Of a DNA stretch of 64,000 nt, positions 12,301-27,008 are shown piece after piece. The stretch's first letter is position 1, and every line of letters begins with the position of its first letter. The stretch comes from Auanema rhodensis. Taxonomy: Eukaryota > Animalia > Nematoda. The stretch lies in NCBI GenBank assembly GCA_964057225.1, contig OZ059896.1, positions 3,410,001 through 3,474,000 on the forward strand, written 5' to 3'. A program made the position numbers and the translations under genes. The notes under the pieces are model-generated. The model searched no databases. It was not told the DNA's origin and was given only the letters and a program-made list of their open reading frames with translations.

Positions 12301-15300
12301 CGAATGCACTATATTACATTGAGGAAAGCTTAATACAAAAATTAGTTATGATCGTTTGGAAAATGATGCATTAGTGTATGTTGAGTTTCCATGTACACTC
12401 AACATTGCTTCCAAAAACATTTTGACAAAATTTTTTCGAAAAATTTCAAAATAATTTCGCAAAAAGTAGATGTTTTTAGATTCCTTTTTTTGAGGCAAAA
12501 ACGATGGACAATGTTATTCAACGAAAAAATTAATTCTTCAGGGTGAAAATCGAGGATATAAGTGTGAACTTATATCAGTTAATATCTCGGTGCATTTTTA
12601 AGCTAGCGCAAATCTGATAACACAGATCGACGCAGCTTAAAAATCCGCATCGAATGCACTATTTTACATTGAGAAACGCTTAATACAAAAATTAGTTATG
12701 ATCTTTTGAAAAATGATGCATTAGTGTATGTTGAGTTTCCATGTACACTCAACATTGCTTCCAAAAACATTTTGACAAAAATTTTTTCGAAAAATTTCAA
12801 AATAATTTAGCAAAAAGTAGATGTTTTTAGATTCCTTCTCTCAAGGCAAAAACGATGGACAATGTTATTCAACGAAAAAATTAATTCTTCAGGGTGAAAA
12901 TCGAGGATATAAGTGTGAACTTATATCAGTTGATATCTCGGTGCATTTTTAAGCTAGCGCAAATCTGATAACACAGATCGACGCAGCTTAAAAATCCGCA
13001 TCGAATGCATTATACTACATTGAGAAACGCTTAATACAAAAATTAGTTATGATCGTTTGAAAAATGATGCATTAGTGTATGTTGAGTTTCCATGTACACT
13101 CAACATTGCTTCCAAAAACATTTTGACAAAATTTTTTCGAAAAATTTCAAAATAATTTCGCAAAAAGTAGATGTTCTTAGATTCCTTTTTTTGAGGCAAA
13201 AACGATGGACAATGTTATTCAACGAAAAAATTAATTCTTCAGGGTGAAAATCGAGGATATAAGTGTGAACTTATATCAGTTAATATCTCGGTGCATTTTT
13301 AAGCTAGCGCAAATCTGATAACACAGATCGACGCAGCTTAAAAATCCGCATCGAATGCACTATATTACATTGAGAAAAGCTTAATACAAAAATTAGTTAT
13401 GATCGTTTGAAAAATGATGCATTAGTGTATGTTGAGTTTCCATGTACACTCAACATTGCTTCCAAAAACATTTTGACAAAAATTTTTTCGAAAAATTTCA
13501 AAATAATTTAGCAAAAAGTAGATGTTTTTAGATTCCTTTTTTCAAGGCAAAAACGATGGACAATGTTATTCAACGAAAAAATTAATTCTTCAGGGTGAAA
13601 ATCGAGGATATAAATGTGAACTTATATCAGTTAATATCTCGGTGCATTTTTAAGCTAGCGCAAATCTGATAACCTAGATCGACGCAGCTTAAAAATCCGC
13701 ATCGAATGCACTATACTACATTGAGAAACGCTTAATACAAAAATTAGTTATGATCTTTTGAAAAATGATGCATTAGTGTATGTTGAGTTTCCATGTACAC
13801 TCAACATTGCTTCCAAAAACATTTTGACAAAAATTTTTTCGAAAAATTTCAAAATAATTTAGCAAAAAGTAGATGTTTTTAGATTCCTTCTCTCAAGGCA
13901 AAAACGATGGACAATGTTATTCAACGAAAAAATTAATTCTTCAGAATGAAAATCGAGGATATAAGTGTGAACTTATATCAGTTGATATCTCGGTGCATTT
14001 TTAAGCTAGCGCAAATCTGATAACACAGATCGACGCAGCTTAAAAATCCGCATCGAATGCATTATACTACATGGAGAAACGTTCATCACAAAAATTAGTT
14101 ATGATCGTTTGAAAAATGATGCATTAGTGTATGTTGAGTTTCCATGTACACTCAACATTGCTTCCAAAAACATTTTGACAAAATTTTTTCGAAAAATTTC
14201 AAAATAATTTCGCAAAAAGTAGATGTTTTTAGATTCCTTTTTTTGAGGCAAAAACGATGGACAATGTTATTCAACGAAAAAATTAATTCTTCAGGGTGAA
14301 AATCGAGGATATAAGTGTGAACTTATATCAGTTAATATCTCGGAGCATTTTTAAGCTAGCGCAAATCTGATAACCTAGATCGACGCAGCTTAAAAATCCG
14401 CATCGAATGCACTATACTACATTGAGAAACGCTTAATACAAAAATTAGTTATGATCTTTTGAAAAATGATGCATTAGTGTATGTTGAGTTTCCATGTACA
14501 CTCAACATTGCTTCCAAAAACATTTTGACAAAAATTTTTTCGAAAAATTTCAAGATAATTTAGCAAAAAGTAGATGTTTTTAGATTCCTTCTCTCAAGGC
14601 AAAAACGATGGACAATGTTATTCAACGAAAAAATTAATTCTTCAGGGTGAAAATCGAGGATATAAGTGTGAACTTATATCAGTTAATATCTCGGTGCATT
14701 TTTAAGCTAGCGCAAATCTGATAACACAGATCGACGCAGCTTAAAAAACCGCATCGAATGCACTATATTACATTGAGGAAAGCTTAATACAAAAATTAGT
14801 TATGATCGTTTGAAAAATGATGCATTAGTGTATGTTGAGTTTCCATGTACACTCAACATTGCTTCCAAAAACATTTTGACAAAATTTTTTCGAAAAATTT
14901 CAAAATAATTTCGCAAAAAGTAGATGTTTTTAGATTCCTTTTTTTGAGGCAAAAACGATGGACAATGTTATTCAACGAAAAAATTAATTCTTCAGGGTGA
15001 AAATCGAGGATATAAGTGTGAACTTATATCAGTTAATATCTCGGTGCATTTTTAAGCTAGCGCAAATCTGATAACACAGATCGACGCAGCTTAAAAATCC
15101 GCATCGAATGCACTATATTACATTGAGAAAAGCTTAATACAAAAATAAGTTATGATCGTTTGAAAAATGATGCATTAGTGTATGTTGAGTTTCCATGTAC
15201 ACTCAACATTGCTTCCAAAAACATTTTGACAAAAATTTTTTCGAAAAATTTCAAAATAATTTAGCAAAAAGTAGATGTTTTTAGATTCCTTTTTTCAAGG

Positions 15301-18300
15301 CAAAAACGATGGACAATGTTATTCAACGAAAAAATTAATTCTTCAGGGTGAAAATCGAGGATATAAGTGTGAACTTATATCAGTTGATATCTCGGTGCAT
15401 TTTCAAGCTAGCGCAAATCTGATAACACAGATCGACGCAGCTTAAAAATCCGCATCGAATGCACTATATTACATTGAGGAAAGCTTAATACAAAAATTAG
15501 TTATGATTGTTTGAAAAATGATGCATTAGTGTATGTTGAGTTTCCATGTACACTCAAAATTGCTTCCAAAAACATTTTGACAAAAATTTTTTCGAAAAAT
15601 TTCAAAATAATTTAGCAAAAAGTAGATGTTTTTAGATTCCTTCTTTCAAGGCAAAAACGATGGACAATGTTATTCAACGAAAAAATTAATTCTTCAGGGT
15701 GAAAATCGAGGATATAAGTGTGAACTTATATCAGTTGATATCTCGGTGCATTTTCAAGCTAGCGCAAATCTGATAACACAGATCGACGCAGCTTAAAAAT
15801 CCGCATCGAATGCACTATATTACATTGAGGAAAGCTTAATACAAAAATTAGTTATGATTGTTTGAAAAATGATGCATTAGTGTATGTTGAGTTTCCATGT
15901 ACACTCAAAATTGCTTCCAAAAACATTTTGACAAAAATTTTTTCGAAAAATTTCAAAATAATTTAGCAAAAAGTAGATGTTTTTAGATTCCTTCTTTCAA
16001 GGCAAAAACGATGGACAATGTTATTCAACGAAAAAATTAATTCTTCAGGGTGAAAATCGAGGATATAAGTGTGAACTTATATCAGTTGATATCTCGGTGC
16101 ATTTTTAAGCTAGCGCAAATCTGATAACACAGATCGACGCAGCTTAAAAGTCCGCATCGAATGCACTATACTACATTAAGAAAAGCTTAATACAAAAATT
16201 AGTTATGATCGTTTGAAAAATGATGCATTAGTGTATGTTGAGTTTCCATGTACACTCAAAATTGCTTCCAAAAACATTTTGACAAAAATTTTTTCGAAAA
16301 ATTTCAAAATAATTTAGCAAAAAGTAGATGTTTTTAGATTCCTTCTTTCAAGGCAAAAACGATGGGCAATGTTATTCAACGAAAAAATTAATTCTTCAGG
16401 GTGAAAATCGAGGATATAAGTGTGAACTTATATCAGTTGATATCTCGGTGCATTTTTAAGCTAGCGCAAATCTGATAACACAGATCGACGCAGCTTAAAA
16501 ATCCGCATCGAATGCACTATATTACATTGAGGAAAGCTTAATACAAAAATTAGTTATGATTGTTTGAAAAATGATGCATTAGTGTATGTTGAGTTTCCAT
16601 GTACACTCAAAATTGCTTCCAAAAACATTTTGACAAAAATTTTTTCGAAAAATTTCAAAATAATTTAGCAAAAAGTAGATGTTTTTAGATTCCTTCTTTC
16701 AAGGCAAAAACGATGGACAATGTTATTCAACGAAAAAATTAATTCTTCAGGGTGAAAATCGAGGATATAAGTGTGAACTTATATCAGTTGATATCTCGGT
16801 GCATTTTTAAGCTAGCGCAAATCTGATAACACAGATCGACGCAGCTTAAAAGTCCGCATCGAATGCACTATACTACATTAAGAAAAGCTTAATACAAAAA
16901 TTAGTTATGATCGTTTGAAAAATGATGCATTAGTGTATGTTGAGTTTCCATGTACACTCAAAATTGCTTCCAAAAACATTTTGACAAAAATTTTTTCGAA
17001 AAATTTCAAAATAATTTAGCAAAAAGTAGATGTTTTTAGATTCCTTCTTTCAAGGCAAAAACGATGGGCAATGTTATTCAACGAAAAAATTAATTCTTCA
17101 GGGTGAAAATCGAGGATATAAGTGTGAACTTATATCAGTTGATATCTCGGTGCATTTTTAAGCTAGCGCAAATCTGATAACACAGATCGACGCAGCTTAA
17201 AAATCCGCATCGAATGCATTATACTACATGGAGAAACGCTCATCACAAAAATTAGTTATGATCGTTTGAAAAATGATGCATTAGTGTATGTTGAGTTTCC
17301 ATGTACACTCAACATTGCTTCCAAAAACATTTTGACAAAATTTTTTCGAAAAATTTCAAAATAATTTCGCAAAAAGTAGATGTTTTTAGATTCCTTTTTT
17401 TGAGGCAAAAACGATGGACAATGTTATTCAACGAAAAAATTAATTCTTCAGGGTGAAAATCGAGGATATAAGTGTGAACTTATATCAGTTAATATCTCGG
17501 TGCATTTTTAAGCTAGCGCAAATCTGATAACACAGATCGACGCAGCTTAAAAGTCCGCATCGAATGCACTATACTACATTAAGAAAAGCTTAATACAAAA
17601 ATTAGTTATGATCGTTTGAAAAATGATGCATTAGTGTATGTTGAGTTTCCATGTACACTCAAAATTGCTTCCAAAAACATTTTGACAAAATTTTTTCGAA
17701 AAATTTCAAAATAATTTCGCAAAAAGTAGATGTTTTTAGATTCCTTTTTTTGAGGCAAAAACGATGGACAATGTTATTCAACGAAAAAATTAATTCTTCA
17801 GGGTGAAAATCGAGGATATAAGTGTGAACTTATATCAGTTAATATCTCGGTGCATTTTTAAGCTAGCGCAAATCTGATAACACAGATCGACGCAGCTTAA
17901 AAAACCGCATCGAATGCACTATATTACATTGAGAAAAGCTTAATACAAAAATTAGTTATGATCGTTTGAAAAATGATGCATTAGTGTATGTTGAGTTTCC
18001 ATGTACACTCAACATTGCTTCCAAAAACATTTTGACAAAAATTTTTTCGAAAAATTTCAAAATAATTTAGCAAAAAGTAGATGTTTTTAGATTCCTTCTT
18101 TCAAGGCAAAAACGATGGACAATGTTATTCAACGAAAAAATTAATTCTTCAGGGTGAAAATCGAGGATATAAGTGTGAACTTATATCAGTTGATATCTCG
18201 GTGCATTTTTAAGCTAGCGCAAATCTGATAACACAGATCGAAGCAGCTTAAAAATCCGCATCGAATGCACTATAATACATTAAGAAACGCTCAATACAAA

Positions 18301-21300
18301 AATTAGTTATGATCGTTTGAAAAATGATGCATTAGTGTATGTTGAGTTTCCATGTACACTCAAAATTGCTTCCAAAAACATTTTGACAAAAATTTTTTCG
18401 AAAAATTTCAAAATAATTTAGCAAAAAGTAGATGTTTTTAGATTCCTTTTTTCAAGGCAAAAACGATGGACAATGTTATTCAACGAAAAAATTAATTCTT
18501 CAGGGTGAAAATCGAGGATATAAGTGTGAACTTATATCAGTTGATATCTCGGTGCATTTTTAAGCTAGCGCAAATCTGATAACACAGATCGAAGCAGCTT
18601 AAAAATCCGCATCGAATGCACTATAATACATTAAGAAACGCTCAATACAAAAATTAGTTATGATCGTTTGAAAAATGATGCATTAGTGTATGTTGAGTTT
18701 CCATGTACACTCAAAATTGCTTCCAAAAACATTTTGACAAAAATTTTTTCGAAAAATTTCAAAATAATTTAGCAAAAAGTAGATGTTTTTAGATTCCTTC
18801 TTTCAAGGCAAAAACGATGGACAATGTTATTCAACGAAAAAATTAATTCTTCAGGGTGAAAATCGAGGATATAAGTGTGAACTTATATCAGTTGATATCT
18901 CGGTGCATTTTTAAGCTAGCGCAAATCTGATAACACAGATCGACGCAGCTTAAAAGTCCGCATCGAATGCACTATACTACATTAAGAAAAGCTTAATACA
19001 AAAATTAGTTATGATCGTTTGAAAAATGATGCATTAGTGTATGTTGAGTTTCCATGTACACTCAAAATTGCTTCCAAAAACATTTTGACAAAAATTTTTT
19101 CGAAAAATTTCAAAATAATTTAGCAAAAAGTAGATGTTTTTAGATTCCTTCTTTCCAGGCAAAAACGATGGGCAATGTTATTCAACGAAAAAATTAATTC
19201 TTCAGGGTGAAAATCGAGGATATAAGTGTGAACTTATATCAGTTGATATCTCGGTGCATTTTTAAGCTAGCGCAAATCTGATAACACAGATCGACGCAGC
19301 TTAAAAATCCGCATCGAATGCACTATATTACATTGAGAAAAGCTTAATACAAAAATTAGTTATGATTGTTTGAAAAATGATGCATTAGTGTATGTTGAGT
19401 TTCCATGTACACTCAAAATTGCTTCCAAAAACATTTTGACAAAAATTTTTTCGAAAAATTTCAAAATAATTTAGCAAAAAGTAGATGTTTTTAGATTCCT
19501 TCTTTCAAGGCAAAAACGATGGACAATGTTATTCAACGAAAAAATTAATTCTTCAGGGTGAAAATCGAGGATATAAGTGTGAACTTATATCAGTTGATAT
19601 CTCGGTGCATTTTTAAGCTAGCGCAAATCTGATAACACAGATCGACGCAGCTTAAAAGTCCGCATCGAATGCACTATACTACATTAAGAAAAGCTTAATA
19701 CAAAAATTAGTTATGATCGTTTGAAAAATGATGCATTAGTGTATGTTGAGTTTCCATGTACACTCAAAATTGCTTCCAAAAACATTTTGACAAAAATTTT
19801 TTCGAAAAATTTCAAAATAATTTAGCAAAAAGTAGATGTTTTTAGATTCCTTCTTTCAAGGCAAAAACGATGGACAATGTTATTCAACGAAAAAATTAAT
19901 TCTTCAGGGTGAAAATCGAGGATATAAGTGTGAACTTATATCAGTTGATATCTCGGTGCATTTTTAAGCTAGCGCAAATCTGATAACACAGATCGAAGCA
20001 GCTTAAAAATCCGCATCGAATGAACTATAATACATTAAGAAACGCTCAATACAAAAATTAGTTATGATCGTTTGAAAAATGATGCATTAGTGTATGTTGA
20101 GTTTCCATGTACACTCAAAATTGCTGCCAAAAACATTTTGACAAAAATTTTTTCGAAAAATTTCAAAATAATTTAGCAAAAAGTAGATGTTTTTAGATTC
20201 CTTTTTTCAAGGCAAAAACGATGGACAATGTTATTCAACGAAAAAATTAATTCTTCAGGGTGAAAATCGAGGATATAAGTGTGAACTTATATCAGTTGAT
20301 ATCTCGGTGCATTTTTAAGCTAGCGCAAATCTGATAACACAGATCGACGCAGCTTAAAAATCCGCATCGAATGCACTATATTACATTGAGGAAAGCTTAA
20401 TACAAAAATTAGTTATGATTGTTTGAAAAATGATGCATTAGTGTATGTTGAGTTTCCATGTACACTCAAAATTGCTTCCAAAAACATTTTGACAAAAATT
20501 TTTTCGAAAAATTTCAAAATAATTTAGCAAAAAGTAGATGTTTTTAGATTCCTTCTTTCAAGGCAAAAACGATGGACAATGTTATTCAACGAAAAAATTA
20601 ATTCTTCAGGGTGAAAATCGAGGATATAAGTGTGAACTTATATCAGTTGATATCTCGGTGCATTTTTAAGCTAGCGCAAATCTGATAACACAGATCGACG
20701 CAGCTTAAAAGTCCGCATCGAATGCACTATACTACATTAAGAAAAGCTTAATACAAAAATTAGTTATGATCGTTTGAAAAATGATGCATTAGTGTATGTT
20801 GAGTTTCCATGTACACTCAAAATTGCTTCCAAAAACATTTTGACAAAAATTTTTTCGAAAAATTTCTAAATAATTTAGCAAAAAGTAGATGTTTTTAGAT
20901 TCCTTCTTTCAAGGCAAAAACGATGGGCAATGTTATTCAACGAAAAAATTAATTCTTCAGGGTGAAAATCGAGGATATAAGTGTGAACTTATATCAGTTG
21001 ATATCTCGGTGCATTTTTAAGCTAGCGCAAATCTGATAACACAGATCGACGCAGCTTAAAAATCCGCATCGAATGCACTATATTACATTGAGGAAAGCTT
21101 AATACAAAAATTAGTTATGATTGTTTGAAAAATGATGCATTAGTGTATGTTGAGTTTCCATGTACACTCAAAATTGCTTCCAAAAACATTTTGACAAAAA
21201 TTTTTTCGAAAAATTTCAAAATAATTTAGCAAAAAGTAGATGTTTTTAGATTCCTTCTTTCAAGGCAAAAACGATGGACAATGTTATTCAACGAAAAAAT

Positions 21301-24300
21301 TAATTCTTCAGGGTGAAAATCGAGGATATAAGTGTGAACTTATATCAGTTGATATCTCGGTGCATTTTTAAGCTAGCGCAAATCTGATAACACAGATCGA
21401 CGCAGCTTAAAAATCCGCATCGAATGCACTATATTACATTGAGGAAAGCTTAATACAAAAATTAGTTATGATTGTTTGAAAAATGATGCATTAGTGTATG
21501 TTGAGTTTCCATGTACACTCAAAATTGCTTCCAAAAACATTTTGACAAAAATTTTTTCGAAAAATTTCAAAATAATTTAGCAAAAAGTAGATGTTTTTAG
21601 ATTCCTTCTTTCAAGGCAAAAACGATGGACAATGTTATTCAACGAAAAAATTAATTCTTCAGGGTGAAAATCGAGGATATAAGTGTGAACTTATATCAGT
21701 TGATATCTCGGTGCATTTTTAAGCTAGCGCAAATCTGATAACACAGATCGACGCAGCTTAAAAATCCGCATCGAATGCACTATATTACATTGAGGAAAGC
21801 TTAATACAAAAATTAGTTATGATTGTTTGAAAAATGATGCATTAGTGTATGTTGAGTTTCCATGTACACTCAAAATTGCTTCCAAAAACATTTTGACAAA
21901 AATTTTTTCGAAAAATTTCAAAATAATTTAGCAAAAAGTAGATGTTTTTAGATTCCTTCTTTCAAGGCAAAAACGATGGGCAATGTTATTCAACGAAAAA
22001 ATTAATTCTTCAGGGTGAAAATCGAGGATATAAGTGTGAACTTATATCAGTTGATATCTCGGTGCATTTTTAAGCTAGCGCAAATCTGATAACACAGATC
22101 GACGCAGCTTAAAAATCCGCATCGAATGCACTATATTACATTGAGGAAAGCTTAATACAAAAATTAGTTATGATTGTTTGAAAAATGATGCATTAGTGTA
22201 TGTTGAGTTTCCATGTACACTCAAAATTGCTTCCAAAAACATTTTGACAAAAATTTTTTCGAAAAATTTCAAAATAATTTAGCAAAAAGTAGATGTTTTT
22301 AGATTCCTTCTTTCAAGGCAAAAACGATGGACAATGTTATTCAACGAAAAAATTAATTCTTCAGGGTGAAAATCGAGGATATAAGTGTGAACTTATATCA
22401 GTTGATATCTCGGTGCATTTTTAAGCTAGCGCAAATCTGATAACACAGATCGACGCAGCTTAAAAGTCCGCATCGAATGCACTATACTACATTAAGAAAA
22501 GCTTAATACAAAAATTAGTTATGATCGTTTGAAAAATGATGCATTAGTGTATGTTGAGTTTCCATGTACACTCAAAATTGCTTCCAAAAACATTTTGACA
22601 AAAATTTTTTCGAAAAATTTCAAAATAATTTAGCAAAAAGTAGATGTTTTTAGATTCCTTTTTTCAAGGCAAAAACGATGGACAATGTTATTCAACGAAA
22701 AAATTAATTCTTCAGGGTGAAAATCGAGGATATAAGTGTGAACTTATATCAGTTGATATCTCGGTGCATTTTTAAGCTAGCGCAAATCTGATAACACAGA
22801 TCGACGCAGCTTAAAAATCCGCATCGAATGCACTATATTACATTGAGGAAAGCTTAATACAAAAATTAGTTATGATTGTTTGAAAAATGATGCATTAGTG
22901 TATGTTGAGTTTCCATGTACACTCAAAATTGCTTCCAAAAACATTTTGACAAAAATTTTTTCGAAAAATTTCAAAATAATTTAGCAAAAAGTAGATGTTT
23001 TTAGATTCCTTCTTTCAAGGCAAAAACGATGGACAATGTTATTCAACGAAAAAATTAATTCTTCAGGGTGAAAATCGAGGATATAAGTGTGAACTTATAT
23101 CAGTTGATATCTCGGTGCATTTTTAAGCTAGCGCAAATCTGATAACACAGATCGACGCAGCTTAAAAGTCCGCATCGAATGCACTATACTACATTAAGAA
23201 AAGCTTAATACAAAAATTAGTTATGATCGTTTGAAAAATGATGCATTAGTGTATGTTGAGTTTCCATGTACACTCAAAATTGCTTCCAAAAACATTTTGA
23301 CAAAAATTTTTTCGAAAAATTTCAAAATAATTTAGCAAAAAGTAGATGTTTTTAGATTCCTTCTTTCAAGGCAAAAACGATGGGCAATGTTATTCAACGA
23401 AAAAATTAATTCTTCAGGGTGAAAATCGAGGATATAAGTGTGAACTTATATCAGTTGATATCTCGGTGCATTTTTAAGCTAGCGCAAATCTGATAACACA
23501 GATCGACGCAGCTTAAAAATCCGCATCGAATGCACTATATTACATTGAGGAAAGCTTAATACAAAAATTAGTTATGATTGTTTGAAAAATGATGCATTAG
23601 TGTATGTTGAGTTTCCATGTACACTCAAAATTGCTTCCAAAAACATTTTGACAAAAATTTTTTCGAAAAATTTCAAAATAATTTAGCAAAAAGTAGATGT
23701 TTTTAGATTCCTTCTTTCAAGGCAAAAACGATGGACAATGTTATTCAACGAAAAAATAAATTCTTCAGGGTGAAAATCGAGGATATATGTGTGAACTTAT
23801 ATCAGTTGATATCTCGGTGCATTTTTAAGCTAGCGCAAATCTGATAACACAGATCGACGCAGCTTAAAAGTCCGCATCGAATGCACTATACTACATTAAG
23901 AAAAGCTTAATACAAAAATTAGTTATGATCGTTTGAAAAATGATGCATTAGTGTATGTTGAGTTTCCATGTACACTCAAAATTGCTTCCAAAAACATTTT
24001 GACAAAAATTTTTTCGAAAAATTTCAAAATAATTTAGCAAAAAGTAGATGTTTTTAGATTCCTTCTTTCAAGGCAAAAACGATGGGCAATGTTATTCAAC
24101 GAAAAAATTAATTCTTCAGGGTGAAAATCGAGGATATAAGTGTGAACTTATATCAGTTGATATCTCGGTGCATTTTTAAGCTAGCGCAAATCTGATAACA
24201 CAGATCGACGCAGCTTAAAAATCCGCATCGAATGCATTATACTACATGGAGAAACGCTCATCACAAAAATTAGTTATGATCGTTTGAAAAATGATGCATT

Positions 24301-27008
24301 AGTGTATGTTGAGTTTCCATGTACACTCAACATTGCTTCCAAAAACATTTTGACAAAATTTTTTCGAAAAATTTCAAAATAATTTCGCAAAAAGTAGATG
24401 TTTTTAGATTCCTTTTTTTGAGGCAAAAACGATGGACAATGTTATTCAACGAAAAAATTAATTCTTCAGGGTGAAAATCGAGGATATAAGTGTGAACTTA
24501 TATCAGTTAATATCTCGGTGCATTTTTAAGCTAGCGCAAATCTGATAACACAGATCGACGCAGCTTAAAAAACCGCATCGAATGCACTATATTACATTGA
24601 GAAAAGCTTAATACAAAAATTAGTTATGATCGTTTGAAAAATGATGCATTAGTGTATGTTGAGTTTCCATGTACACTCAACATTGCTTCCAAAAACATTT
24701 TGACAAAAATTTTTTCGAAAAATTTCAAAATAATTTAGCAAAAAGTAGATGTTTTTAGATTCCTTCTTTCAAGGCAAAAACGATGGACAATGTTATTCAA
24801 CGAAAAAATTAATTCTTCAGGGTGAAAATCGAGGATATAAGAGTGAACTTTTATCAGTTGATATCTCGGTGCATTTTTAAGCTAGCGCAAATCTGATAAC
24901 ACAGATCGACGCAGCTTAAAAATCCGCATCGAATGCATTATACTACATGGAGAAACGCTCATCACAAAAATTAGTTATGATCGTTTGAAAAATGATGCAT
25001 TAGTGTATGTTGAGTTTCCATGTACACTCAACATTGCTTCCAAAAACATTTTGACAAAATTTTTTCGAAAAATTTCAGAATAATTTCGCAAAAAGTAGAT
25101 GTTTTTAGATTCCTTTTTTCGAGGCAAAAACGATGGACAATGTTATTCAACGAAAAAATTAATTCTTCAGGGTGAAAATCGAGGATATAAGTGTGAACTT
25201 ATATCAGTTAATATCTCGGTGCATTTTTAAGCTAGCGCAAATCTGATAACATAGATCGACGCAGCTTAAAAGTCCGCATCGAATGCACTATACTACATTA
25301 AGAGAAGCTTAATACAAAAATTAGTTATGATCGTTTGAAAAATGATGCATTAGTGTATGTTGAGTTTCCATGTACACTCAAAATTGCTTCCAAAAACATT
25401 TTGACAAAAATTTTTTCGAAAAATTTCAAAATAATTTAGCAAAAAGTAGATGTTTTTAGATTCCTTTTTTCGAGGCAAAAACGATGGACAATGTTATTCA
25501 ACGAAAAAATTAATTCTTCAGGGTGAAAATCGAGGATATAAGTGTGAACTTATATCAGTTGATATCTCGGTGCATTTTTAAGCTAGCGCAAATCTGATAA
25601 CACAGATCGAAGCAGCTTAAAAATCCGCATCGAATGCACTATACTACATGGAGAAACGCTCATCACAAAAATTAGTTATGATCGTTTGAAAAATGATGCA
25701 TTAGTGTATGTTGAGTTTCCATGTACACTCAACATTGCTTCCAAAAACATTTTGACAAAATTTTTTCGAAAAATTTCAGAATAATTTCGCAAAAAGTAGA
25801 TGTTTTTAGATTCCTTTTTTCGAGGCAAAAACGATGGACAATGTTATTCAACGAAAAAATTAATTCTTCAGGGTGAAAATCGAGGATATAAGTGTGAACT
25901 TATATCAGTTAATATCTCGGTGCATTTTTAAGCTAGCGCAAATCTGATAACATAGATCGACGCAGCTTAAAAGTCCGCATCGAATGCACTATACTACATT
26001 AAGAGAAGCTTAATACAAAAATTAGTTATGATCGTTTGAAAAATGATGCATTAGTGTATGTTGAGTTTCCATGTACACTCAAAATTGCTTCCAAAAACAT
26101 TTTGACAAAAATTTTTTCGAAAAATTTCAAAATAATTTAGCAAAAAGTAGATGTTTTTAGATTCCTTTTTTCGAGGCAAAAACGATGGACAATGTTATTC
26201 AACGAAAAAATTAATTCTTCAGGGTGAAAATCGAGGATATAAGTGTGAACTTATATCAGTTGATATCTCGGTGCATTTTTAAGCTAGCGCAAATCTGATA
26301 ACACAGATCGAAGCAGCTTAAAAATCCGCATCGAATGCACTATAATACATTAAGAAACGCTCAATACAAAAATTAGTTATGATCGTTTGAAAAATGATGC
26401 ATTAGTGTATGTTGAGTTTCCATGTACACTCAAAATTGCTTCCAAAAACATTTTGACAAAAATTTTTTCGAAAAATTTCAAAATAATTTAGCAAAAAGTA
26501 GATGTTTTTAGATTCCTTTTTTCAAGGCAAAAACGATGGACAATGTTATTCAACGAAAAAATTAATTCTTCAGGGTGAAAATCGAGGATATAAGTGTGAA
26601 CTTATATCAGTTGATATCTCGGTGCATTTTTAAGCTAGCGCAAATCTGATAACACAGATCGACGCAGCTTAAAAATCCGCATCGAATGCACTATATTACA
26701 TTAAGAAAAGCTTAATACAAAAATTAGTTATGATCGTTTGAAAAATGATGCATTAGTGTATGTTGAGTTTCCATGTACACTCAAAATTGCTTCCAAAAAC
26801 ATTTTGACAAAAATTTTTTCGAAAAATTTCAAAATAATTTAGCAAAAAGTAGATGTTTTTAGATTCCTTCTTTCAAGGCAAAAACGATGGGCAATGTTAT
26901 TCAACGAAAAAATTAATTCTTCAGGGTGAAAATCGAGGATATAAGTGTGAACTTATATCAGTTGATATCTCGGTGCATTTTTAAGCTAGCGCAAATCTGA
27001 TAACACAG

